Source of the DNA: an uncultured virus (IMG/VR IMGVR_UViG_3300006484_000005)
Taxonomy: Duplodnaviria; Heunggongvirae; Uroviricota; Caudoviricetes
DNA: 56,326 bases
Direction: 5' to 3' (one strand)
Virus record (IMG/VR): IMGVR_UViG_3300006484_000005
Coordinates: 62,001-118,326 of that record
Part shown: one piece after another, positions 20,097 through 30,692 of the stretch
Layout: the number at the start of each line of letters is the position of its first letter
Numbering within the stretch: the stretch's first letter is position 1
Position numbers and translations under genes: made by a program
Notes under the pieces: model-generated
What the model was told of the DNA's origin: nothing
The model's database searches: none
Seen by the model: only the letters and a program-made list of their open reading frames with translations

Positions 20097-20678
20097 TTAT
20101 TTATAAGAACTCCCTCCCATCCATAAAACTAAACTTTTACGAGTGCCTTTAGTTATGGGTGTTACCCGATGCATTAAAAATGATGGGAATAAAATTGCAC
20201 ATCCTTGTTTACGCTCTACTTTTTGAAAATCACCTCCAGCCCATATTTCAAAATCACCACCTTCATACTTATTTGGGTCTGATAATTGAATAGAACAGCT
20301 AATTTTTCTATCATTAATACTTCCTGGTCCTATATCAATATGCCAATCATAATGACCACCACCTTCATAATAAACTGTGTATTGGATAGCATCTATTACT
20401 GAATGTAAGTTGAATTTCCACATTTCATTGTTTGCTTCTATAGCTAATTTGCATATTTTTTCATATACCCAAAATGATCTTTCATTATTGTGTAGCCATT
20501 TTATATTAGATTTACGAATATTATTATTTTCTCCGATAATTGTAGCTTCTTGGAATGGATATAATTCTTGTAAATTATTAATCCATTCTAATTCTTTAGC
20601 ATTAAATGCATCTTCGATAACATAATATCTTGTTTGGTCGATTGATTGATCCCTTGGAAATACTAATTTATTCTCCAT
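20097..20678 (-). CDS. 2OG-Fe(II) oxygenase (PKHD/prolyl-hydroxylase-like)
   Basis: WHID (HxD), RKIS, YEGGDF and FPSFLMHRVTPITKGTRKSLV (distal His, 2OG-binding Arg). Confidence 0.88.
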   Translation of the reverse strand: MENKLVFPRDQSIDQTRYYVIEDAFNAKELEWINNLQELYPFQEATIIGENNNIRKSNIKWLHNNERSFWVYEKICKLAIEANNEMWKFNLHSVIDAIQYTVYYEGGGHYDWHIDIGPGSINDRKISCSIQLSDPNKYEGGDFEIWAGGDFQKVERKQGCAILFPSFLMHRVTPITKGTRKSLVLWMGGSSYK

Positions 20679-21006
20679 ATAAATGTTTAATAATGATTGT
20701 TAATGAAATGCAAATCCATATTGTATTAAATAAAATTAATGTTGGTAATGATTTTCTCATTGATGCCCAAATTAATGAGGATGATGTTGCTAATGTTAAA
20801 AAATGCATATACCATAATTCAATACCAAATATCAATCCGGGAACGATGATAATTGCTTTTGCCATCCATGAGCAAAATTCGATCGTATTATAATCAGTCC
20901 AGTATTTTTTATCAAAATACATTTGGTACCGATTTAATATTTTATCATAACCAATAACAAAATATAATAAAGACAGGTAGGTAATAAAAATAATTGGGTA
21001 GATCAT
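20668..21006 (-). CDS. Small integral membrane protein
   Basis: 112 aa with 3-4 hydrophobic segments; overlaps the oxygenase start by 11 nt. Confidence 0.6.
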   Translation of the reverse strand: MIYPIIFITYLSLLYFVIGYDKILNRYQMYFDKKYWTDYNTIEFCSWMAKAIIIVPGLIFGIELWYMHFLTLATSSSLIWASMRKSLPTLILFNTIWICISLTIIIKHLYGE

Positions 21007-21024
21007 AACGTATTTTTATAAATT

Positions 21025-22590
21025 TTATAACTCTAACATATATTCAATGAATACACTATGCTTCATAAACATATGCTCATTTAATAACATATTTACTTTA
21101 AATTTACTACGGTGTATTGCCATTTCTTCTCGTCGCATATCAGATAACATAGCTTCTAAACATTCAACTGCAATTTTTGGTTGCAGTAATTTTAAACCTG
21201 CAAGAATTGAATACCAACTTGGAATACCATATGCTAATAATTTACGTCTTGATGTTAAAAACATCTCATCTGGAATTGTTACTTCACATTCATCTAATAA
21301 TTCTTTAACACGTTCAGGTATTTTATTTTTGTCCCTGAATTCAGTCCAAAATTTACTTGTTGATCTTTGAGTTAAATAATGGGTGTAAATAAATTCCATA
21401 TTTTCTCCATTTATAGAACGCATTCGTTCATTATATCGATCAATATAAAATTGCTTTCTGATGATAGCTCCTAAGTTATTATCTAAATATGATGTAAGAG
21501 CTATAACTTGAAGCATAATTGATGTAGCCTCTAAAGGTTCGATAAAACCAGACGATAAGCCAATAGCAACACAATTTTTTACCCATGGAGTTTCATACAT
21601 ACCAGCTTCAAAGTCAAATTCTTTTCCCCACTTAATATCGGTTCCGAATTTTTGAATTATTTCTTCTTTAGCTTCTTCAACGGTTATATAATCTGAGTCA
21701 AAAACATACCCACATCCGAATCTATCTTGAATAGGTATTTTCCAAACCCAACCACATTCCATTGCTATTGATTCTGTATATGGAGGAATTTCATCTAAAT
21801 CATCTAAATCCATAAAGAAACCAATAGCTTTCTTCATTGGTAGGTGTTCTTTATATGATATCCATTTTGATTTATATAATCCACCAATAATTAATCTTTT
21901 AAATCCAGAGCAATCAAATACAAAATCGGATTTTATTTCTTCTCCTTTTTTAGTTGTGATGTATTTAATGTATTCATTTTCATCTAATACAAAATCAACT
22001 ACTTCATCATCAATATGGACTATTTCTCGTTTAAGAGCAACTTCCTTTAAATAATTAGCTAATAACACAGCATCAAAATGAACAGCATGTGATCCCATTT
22101 GATCTAAATGGGATTTAGCATTATCTAATTTATTGTTAATGTTTTGGTTTGGTGTGTATTTTACTCTATTAGATTTATTAAGTTTAGAATCAATAAAGAT
22201 TTCATTAAGATTTCTACCATACCCTACAGGTTCTAAAGCAAGACCTGGTAGCATTTGGCCAGTAGGATTGTCAAATTTAAATGGATTGAAATTATCGTGA
22301 TTAGCAAATCCATGGAAATACGACTCTCCATCTCCATTCCAATTAGTAAATTCAATACCATTTTTAACAGTTGCTTTAGCATATTTAAATAAACCCTCAA
22401 ATGGTATCCCTAAATTCTCTAAGGCAGCTAGTACATTAGGAGTAGTACCTTCACCAGCACCTAATATTCCGATATCAGAACTTGAAATTACTCTTACTTT
22501 AGTAAATGGATAATATTTTTGAAGATAAAGTGCAGTTAACCACCCTGCGGTTCCTGAACCTACTACTGTAAAATTGTAAATTTGTGACAT
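21025..22590 (-). CDS. Flavin-dependent (tryptophan-halogenase-family) halogenase
   Basis: GSGTAG FAD motif, GAGEGT, ATVKNGI (catalytic Lys position), DCSGF, WVWKIP (WxWxIP) and FIEPLEATSI. Confidence 0.88.
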   Translation of the reverse strand: MSQIYNFTVVGSGTAGWLTALYLQKYYPFTKVRVISSSDIGILGAGEGTTPNVLAALENLGIPFEGLFKYAKATVKNGIEFTNWNGDGESYFHGFANHDNFNPFKFDNPTGQMLPGLALEPVGYGRNLNEIFIDSKLNKSNRVKYTPNQNINNKLDNAKSHLDQMGSHAVHFDAVLLANYLKEVALKREIVHIDDEVVDFVLDENEYIKYITTKKGEEIKSDFVFDCSGFKRLIIGGLYKSKWISYKEHLPMKKAIGFFMDLDDLDEIPPYTESIAMECGWVWKIPIQDRFGCGYVFDSDYITVEEAKEEIIQKFGTDIKWGKEFDFEAGMYETPWVKNCVAIGLSSGFIEPLEATSIMLQVIALTSYLDNNLGAIIRKQFYIDRYNERMRSINGENMEFIYTHYLTQRSTSKFWTEFRDKNKIPERVKELLDECEVTIPDEMFLTSRRKLLAYGIPSWYSILAGLKLLQPKIAVECLEAMLSDMRREEMAIHRSKFKVNMLLNEHMFMKHSVFIEYMLEL

Positions 22591-22604
22591 AACTTATTTT
22601 TATT

Positions 22605-23033
22605 TTATACTTGTGGGGGTAGATTATGTGGTGCTGAGTCTTGAGGGAAGATATCAGTTAACGGGATTACATTCCATTGTTGTGTTATTTTATTCCATTT
22701 TGGAATTTCTATTGCTTCATTATAACTAGGAACTGGAATTGGGTATTCCCACATAAATGTTGTAGTATTTAATATTACTTGATCATTTGGTCTTTGTGAA
22801 TGAAATACATCATGTTCTTCATTATACACACCACCTATTCTAGCGTAATTTGCTCTTAATGGATTATCTCCAAATTTATGCTCATTAGCAAAAGTATTAT
22901 ATGATGTTTGAATCCATCTTCCTTCAAAACCGATTGCATTTAAGTATTCTTCACCACGATGTTCTTCTTCATCGGGTACTTTTAATATATTGACTACAAT
23001 ATTATTTTCGTCTATTTTTGCAAAATGTGCCAT
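22605..23033 (-). CDS. Conserved hypothetical protein, fibre-cassette associated
   Basis: MAHFAKID...WIQTSYN...RANYARIG..Y...DVF pattern; follows the Gly-rich gene. Confidence 0.6.
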   Translation of the reverse strand: MAHFAKIDENNIVVNILKVPDEEEHRGEEYLNAIGFEGRWIQTSYNTFANEHKFGDNPLRANYARIGGVYNEEHDVFHSQRPNDQVILNTTTFMWEYPIPVPSYNEAIEIPKWNKITQQWNVIPLTDIFPQDSAPHNLPPQV

Positions 23034-23039
23034 ATTATT

Positions 23040-24047
23040 TTACGTCGAAAATGTGCCTGAACTATTGAATGTATGATATGTATAACCACCACCTGAAGAT
23101 ATACTTCCACCATTACAAACTTGACCTCCAGCGTATCTAACTCTTACAATGCCCGAACCTCCACTACCATTTCTTCCAGGAGCACCAACGTGAGCTATAC
23201 CACCTCCACCACCTCCAGTGTTTGCACCTCCTGGATCTGATGATTGCCATACGTTATCATAATTATTTCCACCACTTGATGCTCCTTTTCCACCACCACC
23301 TGCACCTCCAGGAGCAGACCAGTTCCAATCCCAGTTACCTCCTCCTCCACCACCTCCATAATAAGCACCAAAATCATTTACGTATCTTCCATCACCACCT
23401 CGACCACCTATAGGATCACCTAAACAAGTATTTGCTCCAGTAGCTCCAGTTCCTCCACCTCCGCCACCTCCAGCTTGACAATTTGCATTACCTCCTGGAT
23501 TACCAAATCCTCCTGGGTATGAGGGTAGTCCTTGTTTTCCATTATTTCCTTGATTTCCATTTATACCACCACCACCTCCACACCCACCATTTTCACCAAT
23601 ACCTAAATCTACCCCTTTAGCGTCGCCATAACTAGATCCACCACCACCACCACCATTTATAGAGATACCTCCAAAATTACAATCACCTCCATTAGCTCCT
23701 TTATCATTATCATCTACCCATCGTGAACCAGCAAATGCACCACCTCCACTAACACCAACACCAAATGAACTACATCTACTTACTGCGTATGAGGACAAAT
23801 GAACCTGACCTCCGGCTCCACCTCCACCACCACCACCTGGCCATCCTCCACCTCCACCACCACCTGCGGCTTGTACCATTAAGGCAATAGTGACTGTATT
23901 AGAATATCCAAAAAATTCACTCATTGAGTCAGAAGTACCCTTTCCAGCCTTAGAACTCAATGATCGTAATGAATAAGAACTACCACAGTTTATTAACTCA
24001 TTTCTAATTTGTGATATTGAAATTGCTCCTGAACCTTGTAATGCCAT
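23040..24047 (-). CDS. Glycine-rich virion/fibre-associated protein
   Basis: Repeated poly-Gly tracts, ANTGGGGGG, GGSGIVRVRY and YHTFNSSGTF; N-terminal MALQGSGAISISQI. Confidence 0.65.
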   Translation of the reverse strand: MALQGSGAISISQIRNELINCGSSYSLRSLSSKAGKGTSDSMSEFFGYSNTVTIALMVQAAGGGGGGGWPGGGGGGGAGGQVHLSSYAVSRCSSFGVGVSGGGAFAGSRWVDDNDKGANGGDCNFGGISINGGGGGGSSYGDAKGVDLGIGENGGCGGGGGINGNQGNNGKQGLPSYPGGFGNPGGNANCQAGGGGGGGTGATGANTCLGDPIGGRGGDGRYVNDFGAYYGGGGGGGNWDWNWSAPGGAGGGGKGASSGGNNYDNVWQSSDPGGANTGGGGGGIAHVGAPGRNGSGGSGIVRVRYAGGQVCNGGSISSGGGYTYHTFNSSGTFST

Positions 24048-24090
24048 ATTATTATATAATAACTAGTAACGATAATTAAGAAATTTTATT

Positions 24091-24411
24091 TTAAACCCAA
24101 GGTAATGGAATACTTACTGTGGGGGGATTTTCAATAAAATTAATTTGGGTATCTACTCTAGATTGTAAATCAGATATATTTAATACTGATTCTAACCATA
24201 GAGTAACCATATTTTGTGTTAATTCATTATATGGAATAAAATCTTCGGATGTTGGAAGTGGCATAACACTATTACCAGAGATTTCACCTTGAGTACTTGT
24301 TGGACTCACTCCATTATACGACCAATTGACTGTATTTACTACATTTGTTAATCCATCTATTGACGGTATTACTTCCATTGAATCTATAACCCAACTATAT
24401 GTATTTGCCAT
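24091..24411 (-). CDS. Small fibre-associated hypothetical protein
   Basis: 106 aa, FIPYNELT...LPWV; starts 1 nt after the collagen-like fibre stop. Confidence 0.6.
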   Translation of the reverse strand: MANTYSWVIDSMEVIPSIDGLTNVVNTVNWSYNGVSPTSTQGEISGNSVMPLPTSEDFIPYNELTQNMVTLWLESVLNISDLQSRVDTQINFIENPPTVSIPLPWV

Positions 24412-24412
24412 A

Positions 24413-26536
24413 TTATTTATTTTCTAATATATGTATTCTATTTTTTAATTCTTCGATTTGTTTTTGTTGTTCTTTTATACCTTCAATTAGTAAACCAACC
24501 ATGTTGCCGTATGCAACATTTTTGTGGCCTTTTTCATTTTCTGAAACAACTTCCGGTAATACTAATTCAACTTCTTGAGCAATTACTCCAGCAAATCTTT
24601 TATCAATATCTGCTTCAGCAACATCGGTTCTATTATATGTTACTCCATTAATTTGAGATATTTTTGATATTGCGTTTTCAATAGGAGTAATATTTGATTT
24701 TACTCTAATATCTGAATATGCAGTAACATCATAAATTGCTGTTATATTTCCGCCAAATTGAGCGTTATTGTTTTCTAAGTTAATTTCCAACGGCCAATAA
24801 CCATTATATGTAGCCCATGTTTGAGTATTATTTCCGTTACCTCTTAGTACATACCATATATTACTATTACAATGTATCATTGAAGAGCGGTTATCCGTAT
24901 CTTGTAGATAAATTGTTGGTGATGTATTATTAATAACTACATTGGCAGAAGATGAGAATGTACCTGTTGGGCCAGTTGGTCCAGTTGGACCTGTTGGACC
25001 AGGACTACCTGTTCCTGTAGTACCCTGAGCACCTGTTGTTCCTTGTCTACCTTGTATACCTTGAGCACCTTGAGCACCAGCAGCACCTTGAGCACCAGCT
25101 GGTCCTGTTGGACCTGTAGTACCAGTTGCACCTTGAGCTCCGGTTGGACCTGTAGGACCTGTTGTACCTGTTGTACCTTGAGCTCCAGTTGGTCCAGTTG
25201 GACCAGTGGTTCCTTGAGCTCCAGTTGGTCCTGTTGGACCAGTAGTACCAGTTGCACCTTGAGATCCAGTTGGACCAGTTGGTCCTGTAGGACCTAATGG
25301 TCCTGTTGGTCCTAATGGACCAGTTGGTCCTGTTGTTCCTGTAGTTCCTTGAGCACCAGCTGGACCTGTAGGACCTGGTGATCCTGTAGTTCCTGTTGTA
25401 CCCTGAGCACCAGCTGGTCCTGTTGGACCTAATGGTCCTGTTGGACCTGTAGTTCCAGTAGTACCTTGCGAGCCAGTTGGACCTGCAGGTCCAGTAGAAC
25501 CTTGAGATCCAGTTGGTCCTGTGGTACCTGTAGCACCTTGAGCACCAGTTGGTCCTGTAGGACCTGTTAAACCAGTTGGTCCTGTATTACCTGTTGTACC
25601 TGTTGTACCTTGTGAACCCGTTGGACCTGTTGGTCCAGTAGTTCCTGTTGTACCTTGGGATCCTGTTGGTCCTGGAGATCCATTTGCACCAGTTGTACCT
25701 TGAGCTCCAGCGGGTCCTGTAGGACCAGTAGTTCCTGTAGCGCCTTGAGATCCTGTTGGACCCGTTGGTCCTGTTAATCCTGTTGGTCCAGTTGGACCAT
25801 TTGCTCCAGTAGTACCTTGAGCTCCAGCTGGACCTGTAGGACCTAATGGGCCTGTTGAACCAGTAGTTCCTTGGGATCCTGTTGGACCTGTTGGTCCTGT
25901 ATTACCTGTTGTACCTTGAGCTCCAGCGGGTCCTGTTGAACCAGTAGTACCTTGAGTACCTGTTGGGCCAGTAGGACCTGTTGTACCTTGGGCACCTGTT
26001 GGGCCAGTAGGACCTGTAGTACCTTGGGCACCTGTAGCACCTTGAGCACCATTTGCACCATTAGTACCTTGAGCACCTGTAGCACCTTGTAAACTTAAAT
26101 TTGAACGGAATCTAATATTACCTCCAGCGTCGGCAACTAATATATTTGTTTCTGTTGTACCGGATGGTACACCTGGGATTTGGAAACTTCCACTAACAGC
26201 TAATGAACCTGTTATTCCAACAGACCCTGTAAATTGATGGGTATTTGCTGTTGTTGATCCATTACGAGTTGATCCAGTATTGAATTCGATGGATGATGTA
26301 ATAACCTGTACATTAATTGTTTGGGCAGTTAATGTACCTCCAACTGTAAAGTTATTTGCAAATGAACTAGTAGCAGCAAATGATGCTGAATTAACAGACA
26401 TAGATGATGTCTGATTAGCTAGTACAACACTAACTCCATTTAATGTAATACCGGATCCTGTTACTGTTAACGATCCGGAAACCACAACATTATTTTTCGC
26501 AATTATACCATTGCGCGATACAAATTCATTTGGCAT
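24413..26536 (-). CDS. Collagen-like tail fibre with C-terminal intramolecular chaperone (peptidase S74)
   Basis: Long G-X-Y tract; [10 protein letters not shown] autocleavage motif, [13 protein letters not shown] and terminal coiled coil. Confidence 0.85.
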   Translation of the reverse strand: MPNEFVSRNGIIAKNNVVVSGSLTVTGSGITLNGVSVVLANQTSSMSVNSASFAATSSFANNFTVGGTLTAQTINVQVITSSIEFNTGSTRNGSTTANTHQFTGSVGITGSLAVSGSFQIPGVPSGTTETNILVADAGGNIRFRSNLSLQGATGAQGTNGANGAQGATGAQGTTGPTGPTGAQGTTGPTGPTGTQGTTGSTGPAGAQGTTGNTGPTGPTGSQGTTGSTGPLGPTGPAGAQGTTGANGPTGPTGLTGPTGPTGSQGATGTTGPTGPAGAQGTTGANGSPGPTGSQGTTGTTGPTGPTGSQGTTGTTGNTGPTGLTGPTGPTGAQGATGTTGPTGSQGSTGPAGPTGSQGTTGTTGPTGPLGPTGPAGAQGTTGTTGSPGPTGPAGAQGTTGTTGPTGPLGPTGPLGPTGPTGPTGSQGATGTTGPTGPTGAQGTTGPTGPTGAQGTTGTTGPTGPTGAQGATGTTGPTGPAGAQGAAGAQGAQGIQGRQGTTGAQGTTGTGSPGPTGPTGPTGPTGTFSSSANVVINNTSPTIYLQDTDNRSSMIHCNSNIWYVLRGNGNNTQTWATYNGYWPLEINLENNNAQFGGNITAIYDVTAYSDIRVKSNITPIENAISKISQINGVTYNRTDVAEADIDKRFAGVIAQEVELVLPEVVSENEKGHKNVAYGNMVGLLIEGIKEQQKQIEELKNRIHILENK
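24965..26090 (-). repeat. Collagen-like Gly-X-Y repeat ([12 protein letters not shown]), about 120 triplets
   Basis: 9-bp periodicity (ggacctgtt/ggtccagtt/ccttgagca on the + strand). Confidence 0.9.
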
Positions 26537-26575
26537 ATTATTTACTTTAGTTCACTGTCCCTAAAGTGGGTCGTT

Positions 26576-26584
26576 TATAAATAT
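26576..26584 (-). promoter_or_regulatory. Putative late promoter motif ATATTTATA before the collagen-like fibre gene
   Basis: Exact motif at the upstream gene's stop. Confidence 0.55.
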
Positions 26585-26757
26585 TATACTGATGCGACTC
26601 TGTATAGTCTGCCTTCAGTATCGGCTGAAGTTAATTCATCAGCTTTAGCTTGTGCTTCAGCTTCTGTTTCGAATGTGAAGATTTCATCTTCGGGTGTTAA
26701 TTGTTGTACCCAAATTGAATCGTTACCTGGAATGAATTGTTTTTGAATTGTATACAT
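26584..26757 (-). CDS. Small hypothetical protein (MYTIQKQFIPGNDSIWV...)
   Basis: Likely start at ATG 26757, which avoids overlap with the upstream fibre gene. Confidence 0.55.
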   Translation of the reverse strand: MYTIQKQFIPGNDSIWVQQLTPEDEIFTFETEAEAQAKADELTSADTEGRLYRVASV

Positions 26758-26768
26758 ATTATTATTTG

Positions 26769-29700
26769 TTACATGAATGTTCCTAATGATTTTAATACCC
26801 ATCCAGAATCTGCGGTGGATATATTGAATTGAATTGAATTCGATACAATTACTGCGGATGCAACTACTGTTGAAGTATCCCCAATATCTAATGTTGAATT
26901 ATCAGTATACTGAATCGACCCACTATTCCAAACAGCCATTACTTCGCCTGTTCGAGCATTTGATCCTTTTGTTAAAGTATATTTAAAAAACGCAGACGAA
27001 TATGAACCTGTAATTAAATTAAACATATTATTACTACCTACAATACTTGATGGTACTGTATGATAATCTGTTAATGTTTGATCAATTGTAAGTGTACTTC
27101 CTACTATAAAGTTATTACCATACGATGCTGTAGAAGCAAATGATGATGATACTGCGTTTAGTACATACGATGCTGTAGAAGCAAATGATGATGAAACAGC
27201 ATTTAATACATATGATGCGGTTTGTGCAGTTTGTGCAAAGGATGCTGTAGAAGCAAATGAAGCACTTACAGCAGTACCTAATAAATTAGTTGATACTCCT
27301 GCTCCTAATGTTGATATATCAAGAAATGCTCCTCTTGCGGCCCCACCTTGTTCAAAAAATCTTAATCTATTCTGCCAAATATCTATTGTAACACCACTAC
27401 CTGTAAGTGAGTTATTTGTTTGTGATTTTACCAATAAAATTTCACCACCTTCATCACCTGAGCTATTAGCTGAAATTAAATTACCATTAGATGTTATATT
27501 ACCAGTTGCTGTTAAAGAACCTGTTATTATTACATCTTGTGTTAATGTATTAACTGAAGATGCTGTTGAAGCACTATCAGCTCGTGATGAAGATACAGCA
27601 CGAGAAGCACTTACAGCATTTGCTACAAATGAAGCTGTTTGAGCAGTTACTACATATGATGCAGTAGCAGCATTTATAACTGAGCCAGACCAATATGAAG
27701 CAGATAATGCTTGAACGGCATAAGATGAAGTACCAAATAATGAACCTGTAACTCCACCTAATATATTTAAACTACCAGTTGAAACAATTGAGCCAGAAGT
27801 TAAAAGCGATCCAGTAAATATTAATGTATCAGCATTTGAAGATACTAATGTATTACCTGAAGCTCCAACAATATTTGTTGAGCCTGATACTGTTAATGAA
27901 CCAGATATAACTACTGATTGGTTTAATCGGTTAACTGATGATGCTGTTGAAGCAAATGATGCAGATACTGCGTTTAGCACATATGATGCGGTTTGTGCTG
28001 TTTGTACAAATGAAGCAGTTTGTGCTAGTGTTACAAATGATGAACTAACGGCATTTAAAACATATGATGCTGTTTGTGCTGTTTGAACGAATGATGCTGT
28101 TGTTGCAGTACCTTGCAATGATCCTGTAAAACCGAGTGTTGAAGTTACACTACCACTAAATGTAGCATTAGATCCTGTAATGTTTCTTAATACTAAATCC
28201 CTATAGTTTCCGTTTGTTACACCATCATATATTTCTAAAGAACCTGTATTGTTTCTACGAAGTCCTAAATCCTTAGTTCCGTTACTGTCTGTGGTTTGAC
28301 TCCATAGAATTGGAATACTACTACGAAATCTGACATCGGCTTGACCTATTCGTATCTCTCCACCATTGGAAGATATTTCTGAATTAAAAGAAAGAGATGG
28401 ACCTGTAAATGTACTCGTAGCTCTAATAGTAGAACCAGTAATATTAGTACTTACAGCTAATGATCCTGTAATACTAACTGAACCAGTAAATTCATGTGTG
28501 TTAGTTAATAATGATCCATTACGAGTAGAACCAGTATTAAACTCGATGGATGAAGTAATTGTTTGAACATTAATCGTTTGTGCTGTTAATGTGCCTCTTA
28601 CAGTAAAATTATCAGCTGATGAAGCAGTAGCAGCGTATGATGCTGAAATCGCATTTGATGCTGTAGCAGCAAACGATGCGGTACCATTAGATACACCAGC
28701 AACAAATGATGCTGTTGTAGCATATGATGATGATATTGGTGTTCCATTTATCCATGTACCAGTACTATAAATTAATGCTTGTCCATTTAATGGTGATGTA
28801 ATATTTACATCAGATAAATCATTTAAATCAGATACAGCTGTACTAGCTCCACCAGATCCTCCAACTGAATTTCTAAATAGACCAGCTTGAATAATAGCAT
28901 TTGTTGTATCACCAACTGATAAATCAGTATTTGCTGCTCCTCCTTGCATTACTAAATAACCAGCAAATACGTATGCATTTTTGGTTACTTCGCTTTCAAC
29001 AAAATCATCCGTTGCTACAGATTGAACAGCGTTTAAATAAGTAGTATAAGTTGACTGTCCATAGTAAACGTGTGATCTACCTGTTATTGGATTTACAAAT
29101 ACACGTTGAATAGACCAGTTTCCATTACCTACTGTAGCTAATGTTCCATCTCCATCATCATAAACTAATGGATTTACAGTAGTATAATATGCTCCTCCAT
29201 TATTATCGAATAAAAATCCAGAACCTGAACGGTGTACTCTGATGATACTTGATGTTACATATGTGTTAGAATTATATGTACTTGGTAAATCAGGTGAATT
29301 TTGGTAATATCCACCTAAATTAAATGCTGTTCCGGATCCAATATTAAGACTTAAATTACCAACTTGTGGTGTGATTGTAAATCCACTCATTTTTAATGGA
29401 CCAAATGCACGTGTGAATTCTCCTAATTGTTGAGGAAGATCATATGATGTTAGCATATTATTTCCTACACCAGTAACTAACGAACCTGTAGCTCCATAAT
29501 GCGATATTCTACCTATTGGTAAAGCGTCATGGTATTGTTCTGGTGTGAAAAATACATTTTGTTGTTGTAAATTACCACTAGCATCAATAAAAACATATGT
29601 GTTTTGAGCAGTTGGATTGGAAATACTATGTGTTGTAGCCGCCCAATTAACGTAAGTTATTGTTGGTGATATTTCTGAACCTGTATTAGCATTATGATTT

Positions 29701-30641
29701 ACTATAATACCTGAACCTGATGATACATAGAAGTTGCTAGCTGAATATGTTAAAATACCACCATATAATATACCAGTATTTAATACTCCTTCAAACCATT
29801 TGAATTTAACCGTATTATTACTTTGTCTGTAATATAAATCATATCCAGTATTAGTTTTTGATGCTGATGTAAATAAAAATGATGATGTATTACTGATTAG
29901 GCCAGGATCTATTGTCGGGTCTAATCGTAATGGACCCGAAACTGTAATTGATCCTGTTAATGTTGTATTACCTAATAATGTATTATTTCCTACTTGTATA
30001 GTTGAACCAGATACAGCAAATGATCCTGTTATTGTTTGGTTCCCTTTAAATACGTTTGAACCAGTAGTTGCATAACTACTTGATATTGTATTAATTCGTG
30101 TATCAAAAGATGATGATGATGCTATATAACTACTTGATACAGCGGCAATACTAGCACTATTATTAGTAATACGAGTATTGAATGATGCAGATGATGCTAA
30201 ATAACTTCCAGATAATTGAGCAATACTAGCACTATTATTAGTGATACGAGTATCGAATGAAGCACTAGCAATTGCATTATTAGTAGCTAAAGTAGATAAT
30301 GATGAACTAGTATTTAAAATTCTAGTATCAAATGAAGCTGAAGTTGAATTGTAATCAACTCCATTTATAGCTAATGAACCTGTTACACCAACTGAACCTG
30401 TAAATTGATGTGTATTTGTTAATAAGGAACCATTAACTGAAGAACCAGTAACAAAATCTATCGATGATGTTATAGTTTGAACATTTATTGTTTGCGCAGT
30501 AAGTGTTCCTCTAACTAAGAAATTATCGGCTGAAGATGCTGTAGCTGCGTTTGATGCTGTACCAGATAACGAACCAGTAAATCCAGTGGTTGATATAATT
30601 GATCCTGTTGCTACTAAACTACCTGAAAAATTTACTGCCAT
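26769..30641 (-). CDS. Long Ser/Thr/Gly-rich tail fibre-like protein
   Basis: 1290 aa; two copies of the shared fibre module, TASF/SASY decamer repeats and 25-aa repeats. Confidence 0.7.
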   Translation of the reverse strand: MAVNFSGSLVATGSIISTTGFTGSLSGTASNAATASSADNFLVRGTLTAQTINVQTITSSIDFVTGSSVNGSLLTNTHQFTGSVGVTGSLAINGVDYNSTSASFDTRILNTSSSLSTLATNNAIASASFDTRITNNSASIAQLSGSYLASSASFNTRITNNSASIAAVSSSYIASSSSFDTRINTISSSYATTGSNVFKGNQTITGSFAVSGSTIQVGNNTLLGNTTLTGSITVSGPLRLDPTIDPGLISNTSSFLFTSASKTNTGYDLYYRQSNNTVKFKWFEGVLNTGILYGGILTYSASNFYVSSGSGIIVNHNANTGSEISPTITYVNWAATTHSISNPTAQNTYVFIDASGNLQQQNVFFTPEQYHDALPIGRISHYGATGSLVTGVGNNMLTSYDLPQQLGEFTRAFGPLKMSGFTITPQVGNLSLNIGSGTAFNLGGYYQNSPDLPSTYNSNTYVTSSIIRVHRSGSGFLFDNNGGAYYTTVNPLVYDDGDGTLATVGNGNWSIQRVFVNPITGRSHVYYGQSTYTTYLNAVQSVATDDFVESEVTKNAYVFAGYLVMQGGAANTDLSVGDTTNAIIQAGLFRNSVGGSGGASTAVSDLNDLSDVNITSPLNGQALIYSTGTWINGTPISSSYATTASFVAGVSNGTASFAATASNAISASYAATASSADNFTVRGTLTAQTINVQTITSSIEFNTGSTRNGSLLTNTHEFTGSVSITGSLAVSTNITGSTIRATSTFTGPSLSFNSEISSNGGEIRIGQADVRFRSSIPILWSQTTDSNGTKDLGLRRNNTGSLEIYDGVTNGNYRDLVLRNITGSNATFSGSVTSTLGFTGSLQGTATTASFVQTAQTASYVLNAVSSSFVTLAQTASFVQTAQTASYVLNAVSASFASTASSVNRLNQSVVISGSLTVSGSTNIVGASGNTLVSSNADTLIFTGSLLTSGSIVSTGSLNILGGVTGSLFGTSSYAVQALSASYWSGSVINAATASYVVTAQTASFVANAVSASRAVSSSRADSASTASSVNTLTQDVIITGSLTATGNITSNGNLISANSSGDEGGEILLVKSQTNNSLTGSGVTIDIWQNRLRFFEQGGAARGAFLDISTLGAGVSTNLLGTAVSASFASTASFAQTAQTASYVLNAVSSSFASTASYVLNAVSSSFASTASYGNNFIVGSTLTIDQTLTDYHTVPSSIVGSNNMFNLITGSYSSAFFKYTLTKGSNARTGEVMAVWNSGSIQYTDNSTLDIGDTSTVVASAVIVSNSIQFNISTADSGWVLKSLGTFM

Positions 30642-30692
30642 TTTATTTTTATTTTATTTAATTTTATTTTTAAAACTTCTTACTTGGTTCTA

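Noticed and set aside
23195..26085. Alternative-frame minus-strand ORFs inside the Gly-rich and collagen genes
   Set aside because: By-products of low-complexity codon repeats
26758..26802. ORF-track N-terminal extension of the 26584 gene
   Set aside because: It overlaps the upstream fibre gene; ATG 26757 is the more plausible start
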